Positions 38,316 through 47,682 of a stretch of DNA of 64,000 nt are shown piece after piece. Below the pieces are notes generated by a model. That model was not told the DNA's origin and made no database searches. It saw only the letters and a list, made by a program, of their open reading frames with translations. This DNA comes from Escherichia phage KIT06. The translations under genes and the position numbers were made by a program. The stretch's first letter is position 1; every line of letters begins with the position of its first letter. Where the stretch lies: sequence record OQ349392.1, one strand, 5' to 3'.

Positions 38316-38335
38316 ATTACTTGGAGTAAATAGGA

Positions 38336-38944
38336 ATGAAAATGCAAAGTGATTTCAATTCAATGTTTGAAGAGTTCCAAAGACAGGTTGATGTTCCAGA
38401 TCAATTACTAAATGCTCTTAAACGTATGGCAGAAGGACGTAATTACTATTGGGGGTCTTCATATGAAACTGATGAAAGCCTTTCTGGAAGATTTTATAAA
38501 GGTAAAAAGTCTTTAATACGTCCTGGAATACTCATTAAAAGTATTGAATCAATTCATTCATTGACGTGTGATTTTGATGTTGAATTTACTGATTTCATTT
38601 CTCCTGAATGGACAGTTTGTTATTTAAATGACGATTATGATTATCTTGGCGTTTACAGTTTAAGTGACGCATGGTTTAAACGTAATTTACAAAAGTCAAA
38701 TTTATTTTATATTGATACTACGGTAAAATTTCAGGGAAAGAAATATTTCTTTACTCTTATAGTTGATTCTGAAACAAAACATGAAAATAAACGTATTCTT
38801 AGTAAAAAGAATATCTTGACTATTGTTGATGATCTTTTTGATAAATTCGTAGAAAATCCTAATTTTGAAAGCGATTTATTATTAGAAAAATTTGTTAAGG
38901 AATGTAGAGAATATGTCAAAGCCATCACTATACCTTCCAAGTAA
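38336..38944 (+). CDS. hypothetical protein, first of four tandem paralogs sharing a C-terminal FVxECR motif
   Basis: 202-aa ORF; C-terminal ...EKFVKECREYVKAITIPSK. Confidence 0.6.
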   Translation: MKMQSDFNSMFEEFQRQVDVPDQLLNALKRMAEGRNYYWGSSYETDESLSGRFYKGKKSLIRPGILIKSIESIHSLTCDFDVEFTDFISPEWTVCYLNDDYDYLGVYSLSDAWFKRNLQKSNLFYIDTTVKFQGKKYFFTLIVDSETKHENKRILSKKNILTIVDDLFDKFVENPNFESDLLLEKFVKECREYVKAITIPSK

Positions 38945-39305
38945 ACCTGTGAAGTATGAACTAAAGCGTCAGCTAATTCCTACTGACGTATTAATAGGTC
39001 CTGTGACAGCTATATCATTTGTAATTCTATTGATTGTTGGAATGGTTATAGACTTTATGACTGATATTGAATCTGGCGTAATATTTTTGTTAGTATTAAT
39101 TCTTCCATTAGTAGTTCCATTTTTATTGGTACCTGTAAATTGGGTAGGATATTGGTATCAAGGAAGGCATTATCGTAAACGTGTACGTGAATGGAAAGCT
39201 CAGTGTAAAAAGATTAAAAAGGAACACCAGCTTAAACTAAATATGTATGAATTTAATGAAATTATGAAATTTGTTAAGGAATCACGATGCAAAAGCCAAA
39301 ACTAA
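38913..39305 (+). CDS. membrane protein, tandem paralog family
   Basis: Track ORF 38892..39305 (TTG); ATG at 38913; hydrophobic helices; C-terminal ...EIMKFVKESRCKSQN. Confidence 0.55.
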   Translation: MSKPSLYLPSKPVKYELKRQLIPTDVLIGPVTAISFVILLIVGMVIDFMTDIESGVIFLLVLILPLVVPFLLVPVNWVGYWYQGRHYRKRVREWKAQCKKIKKEHQLKLNMYEFNEIMKFVKESRCKSQN

Positions 39306-39661
39306 ATAAAGTCAAATATTCTTTTTCTGAGTCATTTTTAATTTTTGCTGTGGCGTTGGCTGCAGCTCTTGCTGGTAGTCTTATTGGATTAATGATTGAC
39401 TGTATTATTTTAAACATCCGCAGTAACGTCAGCGGTATAGTAGATATAATAGAAGTTTGGAGTGAACTTCATTATACTATAGCGATTTCATTATTTTCAT
39501 TCTTTGGTATTATTTTATATTTTCATTATGATAATTTTAAAATAAATTGGCAAAGAAAAAAGGATTACAAAATACAATTAAAAGAATATAATAACTACAT
39601 GTCTTATATTGAAAATGAATCAATGAAAGAATTCGTGAATGATTGTAGGAAAATCAAATGA
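39287..39661 (+). CDS. membrane protein, tandem paralog family
   Basis: 124-aa ORF with hydrophobic segments; C-terminal ...MKEFVNDCRKIK; ATGA overlap with next gene. Confidence 0.6.
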   Translation: MQKPKLNKVKYSFSESFLIFAVALAAALAGSLIGLMIDCIILNIRSNVSGIVDIIEVWSELHYTIAISLFSFFGIILYFHYDNFKINWQRKKDYKIQLKEYNNYMSYIENESMKEFVNDCRKIK

Positions 39662-40146
39662 TTTTAAAAACTCGCTGGTATGATTTAGATGATGGGGACG
39701 ATGGCATTCCAGTTGATAGAGTTGACTGGAATGGCTGTTCCGAAGATATGAAAAATTTGTTAATTAGGGAGTTTAGAATGGGATATCAGCCAGTTAAGCC
39801 ATCTACTGCAACAGATGATAAGTTTGTATGTATTCAAAATGGCCGCGCTAAGTTAACGAACGCTGATTGGTTCACAGATAAAATTATGATTCTGTGGTAT
39901 ATTATTAGTCTTCCTGTGACATCATTCGTATTTTACTTTTTTATAAAAAATCCAATGGACAGAATAGGAGATTGGATTCTTTTAACCATACTTGTTAATA
40001 TTTTTACAGCAGCAATATTATCTGGGATATGGTACACGTTCATTGAAATGCCATGGCGGCTACGCAGACAACAAAAGATTTTTGATGAAAAGAAATATAC
40101 TCAAAATTTAAATAACTTTATCACTGAATGCAGGAAATTAAAATGA
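39658..40146 (+). CDS. membrane protein, tandem paralog family
   Basis: 162-aa ORF with hydrophobic segments; C-terminal ...LNNFITECRKLK. Confidence 0.6.
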   Translation: MILKTRWYDLDDGDDGIPVDRVDWNGCSEDMKNLLIREFRMGYQPVKPSTATDDKFVCIQNGRAKLTNADWFTDKIMILWYIISLPVTSFVFYFFIKNPMDRIGDWILLTILVNIFTAAILSGIWYTFIEMPWRLRRQQKIFDEKKYTQNLNNFITECRKLK

Positions 40147-40583
40147 AAACATTATCAGCTGGTATTATCTTTATGACAGAAGATAAAGATTTATTCATGG
40201 GACGGGTTACTGGTTCTCGTAAGCCTGGAATGATGGCACATCGCTGGGATATCCCAAAGGGCCGCGTAGAAAATTCTGATTTAAGCGCACTAGATGCAGC
40301 ACGAAGAGAATGTTTAGAAGAGACTGGTTTTAACAATTATAATCCAGACCTTCTAGAAGACCTAGGTGTATTTAAATATTCTAGTAATAAAGACTTACAT
40401 CTGTTTTATTATACGATTCCAGTAGAGCATGAGATGTTTAGAAATTGCCATTGCGAGTCTTATTTTGAAAATAAAGATGGCGTTATGATTCCAGAGATGG
40501 ATGCTTTTGCTCTTATTCCTCGTACTCAGTGGCAATATGTGATGGGTCCTTCACTTTACCGAATAATGAACAACCTCTTTTAA
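40143..40583 (+). CDS. nudE: Nudix hydrolase NudE (e.1)
   Basis: Nudix box GRVENSDLSALDAARRECLEETGF; track ORF starts at 40128, but the ATG at 40143 has the SD aggaaa. Confidence 0.8.
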   Translation: MKTLSAGIIFMTEDKDLFMGRVTGSRKPGMMAHRWDIPKGRVENSDLSALDAARRECLEETGFNNYNPDLLEDLGVFKYSSNKDLHLFYYTIPVEHEMFRNCHCESYFENKDGVMIPEMDAFALIPRTQWQYVMGPSLYRIMNNLF

Positions 40584-41114
<531 letters not shown>

Positions 41115-41117
41115 AGT

Positions 41118-41150
41118 TGTTTACTTTCTCCTAGAACTGTGATAGTATAT
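41118..41150 (+). promoter_or_regulatory. early promoter (GTTTAC ... gtGATAGTATAT)
   Basis: GTTTAC at 41118-41123 and -10 region at 41139-41150, upstream of ORF 41186. Confidence 0.55.
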
Positions 41151-41185
41151 TCATAGTTACTAATTAAAATATTTAAAGGAACCAT

Positions 41186-41503
41186 ATGAAAACGTTTAAA
41201 GAATTTATTGCAGAATCTGCCCAAGGACAACGTGTAGAAGGCGGTTATATCTGGATTGAACAAGTTGAGCCGCCAAGTCGCACTTCTACAGGTAAATGGA
41301 AAATTACTGTTGATGGTCCTGGTGGTAAACGTAGGACTCTTAAAGAAATTAATGGGTACTATGAAGAAGCTCTTTCGGATGCAGGAACTTACATGATGCA
41401 AATCATGATTAAAAACCCTGAAAACCGTTTTGCAGCTAGAGTTTTCCGACGCATCGGTAATAAACTTTATGACGCATACTCTAAAAACTTCCCTAAAGAA
41501 TAA
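41186..41503 (+). CDS. ipII: internal protein precursor, IPII-like
   Basis: 105-aa ORF with CTS MKTFKEFIAESAQ; assignment to ipII is by size and position. Confidence 0.65.
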   Translation: MKTFKEFIAESAQGQRVEGGYIWIEQVEPPSRTSTGKWKITVDGPGGKRRTLKEINGYYEEALSDAGTYMMQIMIKNPENRFAARVFRRIGNKLYDAYSKNFPKE

Positions 41504-41529
41504 CATGAATTAAAACAATAGGAACAAAA

Positions 41530-42108
41530 ATGAAAACGTATCAAGAATTTATTGCTGAAGCTTCTGTAGTAAAGGCCAAAGGCATTAATAAGGACGAGTG
41601 GAACTATCGTGGTGGAAACGGCTTTGACCCTAAAACAGCCCCTATTGAACGATACTTAGCTACAAAAGCTTCCGATTTTAAAGCTTTCGCTTGGGAAGGA
41701 CTTCGCTGGCGTACCGATTTAAATATTGAAGTTGACGGACTTAAATTTGGTCATATTCAAGATGTTGTTGCTAGTAACTTGGACGCAGCTTTTGTTAAAG
41801 CTGACGGTGACCTTCGTCGCTGGAATTTAAAACTATTCTCTAAACAGAAAGGCCCGGTGTTTGTGCCTAAAGCTGGTAAATGGGTTATTGATAATAAATT
41901 AGCTAAGGCTGTCAACTACGCTGGCCTTGAATTCGCCAAGCATAAATCATCATGGAAAGGTCTTGATGCAATGGCCTTCCGTAAAGAATTTGCTGATGTT
42001 ATGGCTAAAGGCGGCTTTAAGGCAGAAATAGATACCTCTAAAGGTACGTTTAAGGACGCTAATGTTCAGTACGCTTATGCCGTTGCTAATGCAGCCCGTG
42101 GTAATTAA
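41530..42108 (+). CDS. ipIII: internal protein precursor, IPIII-like
   Basis: 192-aa ORF with CTS MKTYQEFIAEAS; assignment to ipIII is by size and position. Confidence 0.65.
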   Translation: MKTYQEFIAEASVVKAKGINKDEWNYRGGNGFDPKTAPIERYLATKASDFKAFAWEGLRWRTDLNIEVDGLKFGHIQDVVASNLDAAFVKADGDLRRWNLKLFSKQKGPVFVPKAGKWVIDNKLAKAVNYAGLEFAKHKSSWKGLDAMAFRKEFADVMAKGGFKAEIDTSKGTFKDANVQYAYAVANAARGN

Positions 42109-42110
42109 TA

Positions 42111-42128
42111 AGGCCGATACTTAGGCCT
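42111..42128 (+). terminator. hairpin after the ipIII-like gene
   Basis: aggcc-gatactta-ggcct stem-loop immediately after the stop; weak T-tract. Confidence 0.4.
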
Positions 42129-42285
42129 ATTTACATTCAAATAACATGGGAACAACCTGGACCTCATGATTCTATGAGGGATTCCCGCCAACCTGTAATA
42201 AGGTCGAGCCCAAGTGCGGTAATGGGTAAATACAGAAATGGACAATTCATGCGCCATGGAATGGCCCAAATTTAGAGAGAATAAA

Positions 42286-42825
42286 ATGAGAACATTTTTA
42301 ACTGGTCCTTATCTATCCCTGATGAATGCTTTTACACACCATTCTGATGCTAGAGTAGAAGAAATTTGTAAAAACGATTATATCCCACCATTTGAAGACT
42401 TACTCAAACAGTATTGTACACTTCGTTTAGATGGTGGCAGACAATCTGGTAAATCAACTGCAGTAACTAATTTTGCCGCTAATTGGTTATATGATGGTGG
42501 AACAGTTATTGTTCTTTCTAATACTTCAGCTTATGCTAAAATTTCTGCGGGCCACATTAAAAAAGAATTTTCTCGTTATTCTAGCGATGATATTCGATTC
42601 CGCTTATTTACCGATTCTGTCCGTAGTTTTATCGGTAATAAAGGAAGCAAGTTCAGAGGTTTATTGCTTTCGCGAATTTTGTATATAATTGATGATCCTG
42701 TTAAAGCTCCTGATATGGATAAAATTTACGATATTCATATTGAAACTGTGCACCACTGTTGCAATAGTAAATGCTGCATTGGTGGTATTACTCGTCCACA
42801 GTTTTTCATAATCGGAATGCAATGA
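42286..42825 (+). CDS. P-loop NTPase-like protein of unknown function
   Basis: Track ORF 42238..42825; ATG at 42286 with SD gagagaataaa; Walker A-like GGRQSGKST. Confidence 0.6.
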   Translation: MRTFLTGPYLSLMNAFTHHSDARVEEICKNDYIPPFEDLLKQYCTLRLDGGRQSGKSTAVTNFAANWLYDGGTVIVLSNTSAYAKISAGHIKKEFSRYSSDDIRFRLFTDSVRSFIGNKGSKFRGLLLSRILYIIDDPVKAPDMDKIYDIHIETVHHCCNSKCCIGGITRPQFFIIGMQ

Positions 42826-43151
42826 TGACAGACACGCAACTTTTCGAATATCTTTATTTTTCGCCAAAAACTGTTAAAAATAAATTGGTGAATCATTTTG
42901 AAATTTTGGCAAATAACAACGTCTTGAGCGAATTTTATCCTAAGCAATACAAACTACAAAAAGGTGTATTCAAAGGATGCAGAGTTTTGTGCACTGCTCC
43001 TAATGTAAGATTAATGAATAAAATTCCATATTTTACCATGGAATTTATTGATGGGCCTTTTAAAGGACTAATCACGCAGAGTTTAATGGCATATGATTCT
43101 GAGCCATTTTTAATTAAAGAGCAATCTTGGATAAATTTATTTTCTAATTGA
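42822..43151 (+). CDS. hypothetical protein
   Basis: Track ORF 42771..43151; ATG at 42822 overlapping the previous stop (ATGATGA); [13 protein letters not shown]... Confidence 0.55.
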   Translation: MMTDTQLFEYLYFSPKTVKNKLVNHFEILANNNVLSEFYPKQYKLQKGVFKGCRVLCTAPNVRLMNKIPYFTMEFIDGPFKGLITQSLMAYDSEPFLIKEQSWINLFSN

Positions 43152-43159
43152 GAGGTTAT

Positions 43160-43522
43160 ATGAAAGCATATCAAATTCTTGAAGGCACGCATAAAGGTAC
43201 TATTTATTTTGAAGACGGTATTCAAGCACGAATTATTGTCTCTAAAACTTTTAAAGAGGACTCTTTTGTAGACCCAGAAATTTTCTATGGTTTGCATGCC
43301 CGTGAAATTGAAATTGAAACACAACCTACAGTTAAAATTGAAGGTGGTCAACACCTGAACGTTAACGTTCTGCGTCGTGAAACTCTGGAAGATGCAGTTA
43401 AGCATCCGGAAAAATATCCGCAGCTGACCATCCGTGTATCCGGTTATGCAGTTCGCTTTAACTCTCTGACTCCGGAACAGCAGCGCGACGTTATCGCTCG
43501 TACCTTTACTGAGAGTCTGTAA
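43160..43522 (+). CDS. autonomous glycyl-radical cofactor (GrcA/YfiD-like; T4 Y06I-type)
   Basis: ATG 43160 with SD gagagg; C-terminal about 60 aa ([60 protein letters not shown]) matches the glycyl-radical domain of E. coli GrcA/PflB as I recall it. Confidence 0.85.
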   Translation: MKAYQILEGTHKGTIYFEDGIQARIIVSKTFKEDSFVDPEIFYGLHAREIEIETQPTVKIEGGQHLNVNVLRRETLEDAVKHPEKYPQLTIRVSGYAVRFNSLTPEQQRDVIARTFTESL

Positions 43523-43743
43523 TGGCAAAGATAATTATTGAAGGTTCTGAAGATGTGTTAAATGCTTTCGCCGAATGGTTTAGTAATTCAGGCGAACAGC
43601 AATTTAATGAAGCGTGGAACATGGGTGATATTAGTGGAATTTATCCTACGACAGAAATTTCTGTTCAGGGATATGGCATTCATGAGCCTATTCGTTTAAT
43701 TGAATATGATTTGGGTACTGGTGAGGAAGTAAAATATGATTGA
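43522..43743 (+). CDS. hypothetical protein
   Basis: 73-aa ORF, ATGG overlap with the preceding stop. Confidence 0.5.
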   Translation: MAKIIIEGSEDVLNAFAEWFSNSGEQQFNEAWNMGDISGIYPTTEISVQGYGIHEPIRLIEYDLGTGEEVKYD

Positions 43744-44002
43744 AGATATTAAGGGTTATAAGCCACATACTGAAGAGAAAATCGGTAAAGTGAATGCTAT
43801 CAAAGATGCTGAAGTTCGTTTAGGACTTATCTTTGATGCTTTATATGATGAATTCTGGGAAGCACTAGATAATTGTGAAGACTGTGAATTCGCGAAGAAT
43901 TATGCTGAAAGCCTTGATCAGTTAACTATTGCTAAAACTAAACTCAAAGAAGCCAGTATGTGGGCTTGTCGTGCTGTGTTCCAACCAGAGGAAAAATATT
44001 AA
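43736..44002 (+). CDS. hypothetical small protein (candidate vs.4/Acb2-position gene)
   Basis: 88-aa ORF upstream of regB; assignment by position only. Confidence 0.5.
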   Translation: MIEDIKGYKPHTEEKIGKVNAIKDAEVRLGLIFDALYDEFWEALDNCEDCEFAKNYAESLDQLTIAKTKLKEASMWACRAVFQPEEKY

Positions 44003-44280
44003 TGGCTCAATTAAGCGCAGGGTTTGGTTATGAGTATTATACTGCCCCTCGTCGTGTATCTGTTGCTCCTAAGAAAATTCAAAGTCTTGATGATTTCCAG
44101 GAAGTAATTCGTAACGCTTTCCAGGACTATGCGCGTTATCTTAAAGAAGATTCACAGGACTGTCTCGAAGAAGATGAAATTGCTTACTATGAGCAGCGTC
44201 TTGAACAGCTTAAAAACTTACATGAGGTTCGTGCAGAAGTTTCAAAGTCTATGAATAAATTGATTAGATTTAAAGAATAA
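44002..44280 (+). CDS. hypothetical protein
   Basis: Track ORF 43960..44280; ATG at 44002 overlapping the previous TAA (TAATG); 92 aa. Confidence 0.5.
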   Translation: MAQLSAGFGYEYYTAPRRVSVAPKKIQSLDDFQEVIRNAFQDYARYLKEDSQDCLEEDEIAYYEQRLEQLKNLHEVRAEVSKSMNKLIRFKE

Positions 44281-44282
44281 CT

Positions 44283-44311
44283 GTTTACTTTTCCTCTTGA
44301 CTGTGGTATAA
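44283..44311 (+). promoter_or_regulatory. early promoter (GTTTAC ... tgtGGTATAAT)
   Basis: GTTTAC at 44283-44288, extended -10 tgtggtataat at 44301-44311, upstream of regB. Confidence 0.65.
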
Positions 44312-44339
44312 TTTTTCTATCAGTTAAGAGGAGAATAAC

Positions 44340-44801
44340 ATGACTATCAACACAGAAGTTTTTATCCGTCGAAATAAGCTCCGTCGTCACTTTGAGTCGG
44401 AGTTTCGTCAAATTAACAATGAGATTCGTGAGGCATCAAAAGCAGCAGGGGTCTCATCGTTTCATCTAAAATATTCTCAGCATCTTCTTGATCGTGCAAT
44501 TCAACGGGAGATTGATGAGACATATGTTTTTGAATTATTCCATAAAATAAAAGACCATGTTTTAGAAGTTAATGAATTCCTGAATATGCCTCCACGCCCT
44601 GACATTGACGAGGATTTTATTGATGGGATTGAATATCGTCCTGGGCGTTTAGAAATCACAGATGGAAATCTTTGGCTTGGATTTACAGTTTGTAAACCTA
44701 ATGCGAAGTTCAAAGACCCGTCGCTTCAATGCAGGATGGCAATTATCAACAGTCGTCGTTTACCGGGAAAGGCTTCTAAGGCAGTAATTAAAACTCAATG
44801 A
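44340..44801 (+). CDS. regB: site-specific endoribonuclease RegB
   Basis: 153-aa ORF (T4 RegB is 153 aa); SD gaggag; early promoter immediately upstream. Confidence 0.8.
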   Translation: MTINTEVFIRRNKLRRHFESEFRQINNEIREASKAAGVSSFHLKYSQHLLDRAIQREIDETYVFELFHKIKDHVLEVNEFLNMPPRPDIDEDFIDGIEYRPGRLEITDGNLWLGFTVCKPNAKFKDPSLQCRMAIINSRRLPGKASKAVIKTQ

Positions 44802-44808
44802 GGTAAGC

Positions 44809-45354
44809 ATGAGAAAAGCACTACTCGCTGGTCTATTGGCCATTTCTATGATGGCACATAGCTCCGAGCATACTTTCAGTAATGTCCAACTCGATAACAT
44901 GCGTTACGCGTATCAATTCGGGGAACAATTTTCTAAGGATGGAAAATATAAAACACACAAAAATATCCACAAGAGCGGATTAGGTCATATAATGGCTGCT
45001 ATTTTATGGCAAGAAAGCTCTGCCGGAGTTAATTTAAAATCTAAACCAAAGCATCATGCCTACGGAATGTTCCAAAATTATTTGCCGACCATGCGCGCAA
45101 GAGTTAAGGAACTTGGTTATAATATGACCGATGCCGAAATAAAAAGAATGTTGAATAAACGGTCCAATTCAGCTTCCTGGGCGTACATTGAACTTTCTTA
45201 TTGGTTAAATATACATAAGGGCGATATAAGAAAAGCAATATCCTCTTATAATTCGGGATGGAATGTTAAAGCAGGTTCTAAATATGCTTCTGAAGTCCTA
45301 GAAAAGGCTAACTACCTTAAAAATAATAAACTGTTGGAAATAGTAAATGACTAA
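44809..45354 (+). CDS. secreted/periplasmic protein, possible transglycosylase-like
   Basis: 181-aa ORF with N-terminal signal-peptide-like MRKALLAGLLAISMMAHS. Confidence 0.55.
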   Translation: MRKALLAGLLAISMMAHSSEHTFSNVQLDNMRYAYQFGEQFSKDGKYKTHKNIHKSGLGHIMAAILWQESSAGVNLKSKPKHHAYGMFQNYLPTMRARVKELGYNMTDAEIKRMLNKRSNSASWAYIELSYWLNIHKGDIRKAISSYNSGWNVKAGSKYASEVLEKANYLKNNKLLEIVND

Positions 45355-45688
45355 AATTTTGGTTTTATGTGTAGGATTAATTTCATTTTCTGCGTTAGCA
45401 GATATATCATATTCTGAAGTTAGAGAGTATGTAAACCGTACTGCCGCGGATTATTGTGGGAAAAATAAAGCATGCCAAGCTGAATTTGCGCAGAAATTAA
45501 TATATGCATATAAAGACGGAGAAAGAGATAAATCAAGTAGATACAAGAACGATACTTTATTAAAACGATATGCTAAAAAGTGGAATACCTTAGAATGTTC
45601 AGTTGCGGAGGAGAAAGATAAAGCCGCTTGTCATTCAATGGTTGACCGTTTAGTAGATTCTTATAATCGAGGATTGAGTACTAGATGA
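45347..45688 (+). CDS. small secreted protein (possibly vs-like)
   Basis: 113-aa ORF with signal-peptide-like MTKILVLCVGLISFSALA; several Cys. Confidence 0.5.
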   Translation: MTKILVLCVGLISFSALADISYSEVREYVNRTAADYCGKNKACQAEFAQKLIYAYKDGERDKSSRYKNDTLLKRYAKKWNTLECSVAEEKDKAACHSMVDRLVDSYNRGLSTR

Positions 45689-46164
45689 TTGTAAAATATA
45701 TCAAGGGCGATATTGTCGCCCTATTTCTTCAAGGTAATATTATTGCGCACGGGTGCAATTGTTTTCATACTATGGGTTCAGGTGTAGCAGGTCAATTAGC
45801 AAGGGCCTATCCTAAAATTTTAGAAATAGATAAAACTACTACCGAGTACGGTTCTCGCGATAAATTAGGCGATATGTCTATTGTTTTTAAACATAGTCCT
45901 ACGGGATTTGGTATATGCTATAACCTGTATACGCAATACGAACCGGGTCCTAATCTTGATTATGGTGCTTTAGTAAACTGCATGATAGAATTAAATCTAC
46001 AGGCAGAGACCCTTTTGTTTAAACCAGTAATTTACATTCCACGCATAGGTTGCGGTATTGCTGGCGGTGATTGGGATAAGGTTTCTAAATTAATCGATAT
46101 GTTTACTCCTGATATTGATTTAATAGTGGTGGATTATGAAAGTACATTACCCGCATCCGTTTGA
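45685..46164 (+). CDS. macro-domain-like protein (predicted ADP-ribose binding or hydrolysing)
   Basis: 159-aa ORF; motif GNIIAHGCNCFHTMGSGVAGQL resembles the macro-domain nucleotide-binding loop; later GIAGGDWD. Confidence 0.55.
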   Translation: MIVKYIKGDIVALFLQGNIIAHGCNCFHTMGSGVAGQLARAYPKILEIDKTTTEYGSRDKLGDMSIVFKHSPTGFGICYNLYTQYEPGPNLDYGALVNCMIELNLQAETLLFKPVIYIPRIGCGIAGGDWDKVSKLIDMFTPDIDLIVVDYESTLPASV

Positions 46165-46348
46165 TCCTAAAAACAAAGCGGAAATTATTCGTCAATGGGA
46201 ACGCATTTGCCGTACTAAATGCCCAATTAATAGTTCTCATGATGTAGATAAAGATTATATTGGAACATTCGTTGAATATACCTTTATTGATAGGAAAGGT
46301 CGTAAACAACATGTAGAAGAATATTGCTTAAAGGTTACATGGTTATGA
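46136..46348 (+). CDS. hypothetical small protein
   Basis: 70-aa ORF overlapping the end of the macro-domain gene. Confidence 0.45.
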   Translation: MKVHYPHPFDPKNKAEIIRQWERICRTKCPINSSHDVDKDYIGTFVEYTFIDRKGRKQHVEEYCLKVTWL

Positions 46349-46530
46349 GTCTGAGTAAAGAACAAAAAGATAAATTGTTTGAGCTTATCCATGAACTTCT
46401 AGATGAGCATACAGAAGCAAACACCTTTTATGATGAATACGGCCCGCTATCTCCCGAACAGCAAGAAGAATTTGCTGACCGGTTTGATAAGAAAGAAAAC
46501 GAATTAATAGCTTATGTGAATACGCTTTAA
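46324..46530 (+). CDS. hypothetical small acidic protein
   Basis: 68-aa ORF. Confidence 0.45.
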   Translation: MLKGYMVMSLSKEQKDKLFELIHELLDEHTEANTFYDEYGPLSPEQQEEFADRFDKKENELIAYVNTL

Positions 46531-46539
46531 GAAGGTGAT

Positions 46540-47121
46540 ATGGCGAGTTTAATTTTTACTTATGCAGCAATGAATGCTGGAAAATCTGCTTCTCTTTTGA
46601 CTGCTGCGCATAATTATAAAGAACGCGGAATGGGTGTATTAGTTCTTAAACCTGCTATTGATACTCGCGATTCTGTCTGTGAAGTCGTTTCTCGCATTGG
46701 AATTAAGCAGGAAGCGAATATTATTACGGATGATATGGATATTTTTGAGTTCTATAAATGGGCTGAAGCACAAAAAGATATTCATTGCGTATTTGTAGAT
46801 GAAGCTCAGTTTTTAAAAACTGAACAGGTGCATCAATTAAGCCGAATTGTCGATACATACAATGTTCCTGTTATGGCTTATGGTCTAAGGACTGATTTCG
46901 CTGGAAAATTATTTGAAGGTTCTAAAGAACTTTTGGCGATTGCAGATAAACTTATTGAACTAAAGGCAGTTTGTCATTGCGGTAAAAAAGCGATTATGAC
47001 GGCTCGATTAATGGAAGATGGAACACCAGTTAAAGAAGGTAATCAAATCTGTATTGGTGATGAAATTTATGTTTCTTTGTGCAGAAAACATTGGAATGAA
47101 TTAACTAAAAAGCTCGGTTAG
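46540..47121 (+). CDS. tk: thymidine kinase
   Basis: 193-aa ORF; P-loop MNAGKSAS; C-terminal Zn-ribbon Cys pairs (CHCGKKA ... CIGDEIYVSLC). Confidence 0.95.
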   Translation: MASLIFTYAAMNAGKSASLLTAAHNYKERGMGVLVLKPAIDTRDSVCEVVSRIGIKQEANIITDDMDIFEFYKWAEAQKDIHCVFVDEAQFLKTEQVHQLSRIVDTYNVPVMAYGLRTDFAGKLFEGSKELLAIADKLIELKAVCHCGKKAIMTARLMEDGTPVKEGNQICIGDEIYVSLCRKHWNELTKKLG

Positions 47122-47163
47122 TGCAAAAGTTATAAATAGGTTTATCTAACTAAAGGGGTATAT

Positions 47164-47376
47164 ATGCTACAATTAACTGAAAAGCAACTTCGCAATCTTA
47201 CTGTTCTTCAATTAGATGAAATTCGTAGGGAAGTTGGAAATATCATTTCAGCTTTGCGTCGAGAAGTATCACTCAACCAATCTCCGGCAGACTATACTAG
47301 ATTGCGAAATTTTGAAAAATACCTTGATAAAGTTAAGGCCGTGCATCGGCACAAAGTAAATACAGGACAAAAATGA
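47164..47376 (+). CDS. hypothetical small protein (rI.-1 position)
   Basis: 70-aa ORF with SD aaagggg upstream. Confidence 0.55.
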
Positions 47377-47388
47377 TAGGAGGCCTTT

Positions 47389-47682
47389 ATGGCCTTAAAA
47401 GCAACGGCACTATTTGCCATGCTAGGATTAGCGTTTGCTTTATCTCCACCGATTGAAGCGAATGTCGATCCTCATTTTGATAAATTTATGGAATCTGGCA
47501 TTAGACATGTTTATATGCTTTTTGAAAATAAAAGCGTAGAATCATCTGAACAGTTCTATAGTTTTATGCGAACGACCTATAAAAATGACCCGTGCTCTTC
47601 CGATTTTGAATGTATAGAGCGAGGCGCGGAGATGGCACAATCATACGCTAGAATTATGAACATTAAATTGGAGACTGAATGA
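47389..47682 (+). CDS. rI: lysis inhibition regulator RI (antiholin)
   Basis: 97-aa ORF with signal-anchor N-terminus MALKATALFAMLGLAFALSPPIEA; size and position match T4 RI. Confidence 0.88.
   Translation: MALKATALFAMLGLAFALSPPIEANVDPHFDKFMESGIRHVYMLFENKSVESSEQFYSFMRTTYKNDPCSSDFECIERGAEMAQSYARIMNIKLETE

Noticed and set aside
40128-40146. Longer 151-aa NudE start at 40128
   Set aside because: Not excluded, but the ATG at 40143 has a well-spaced AGGAAA ribosome-binding site while 40128 has none; reported 40143 as the more likely start with uncertainty
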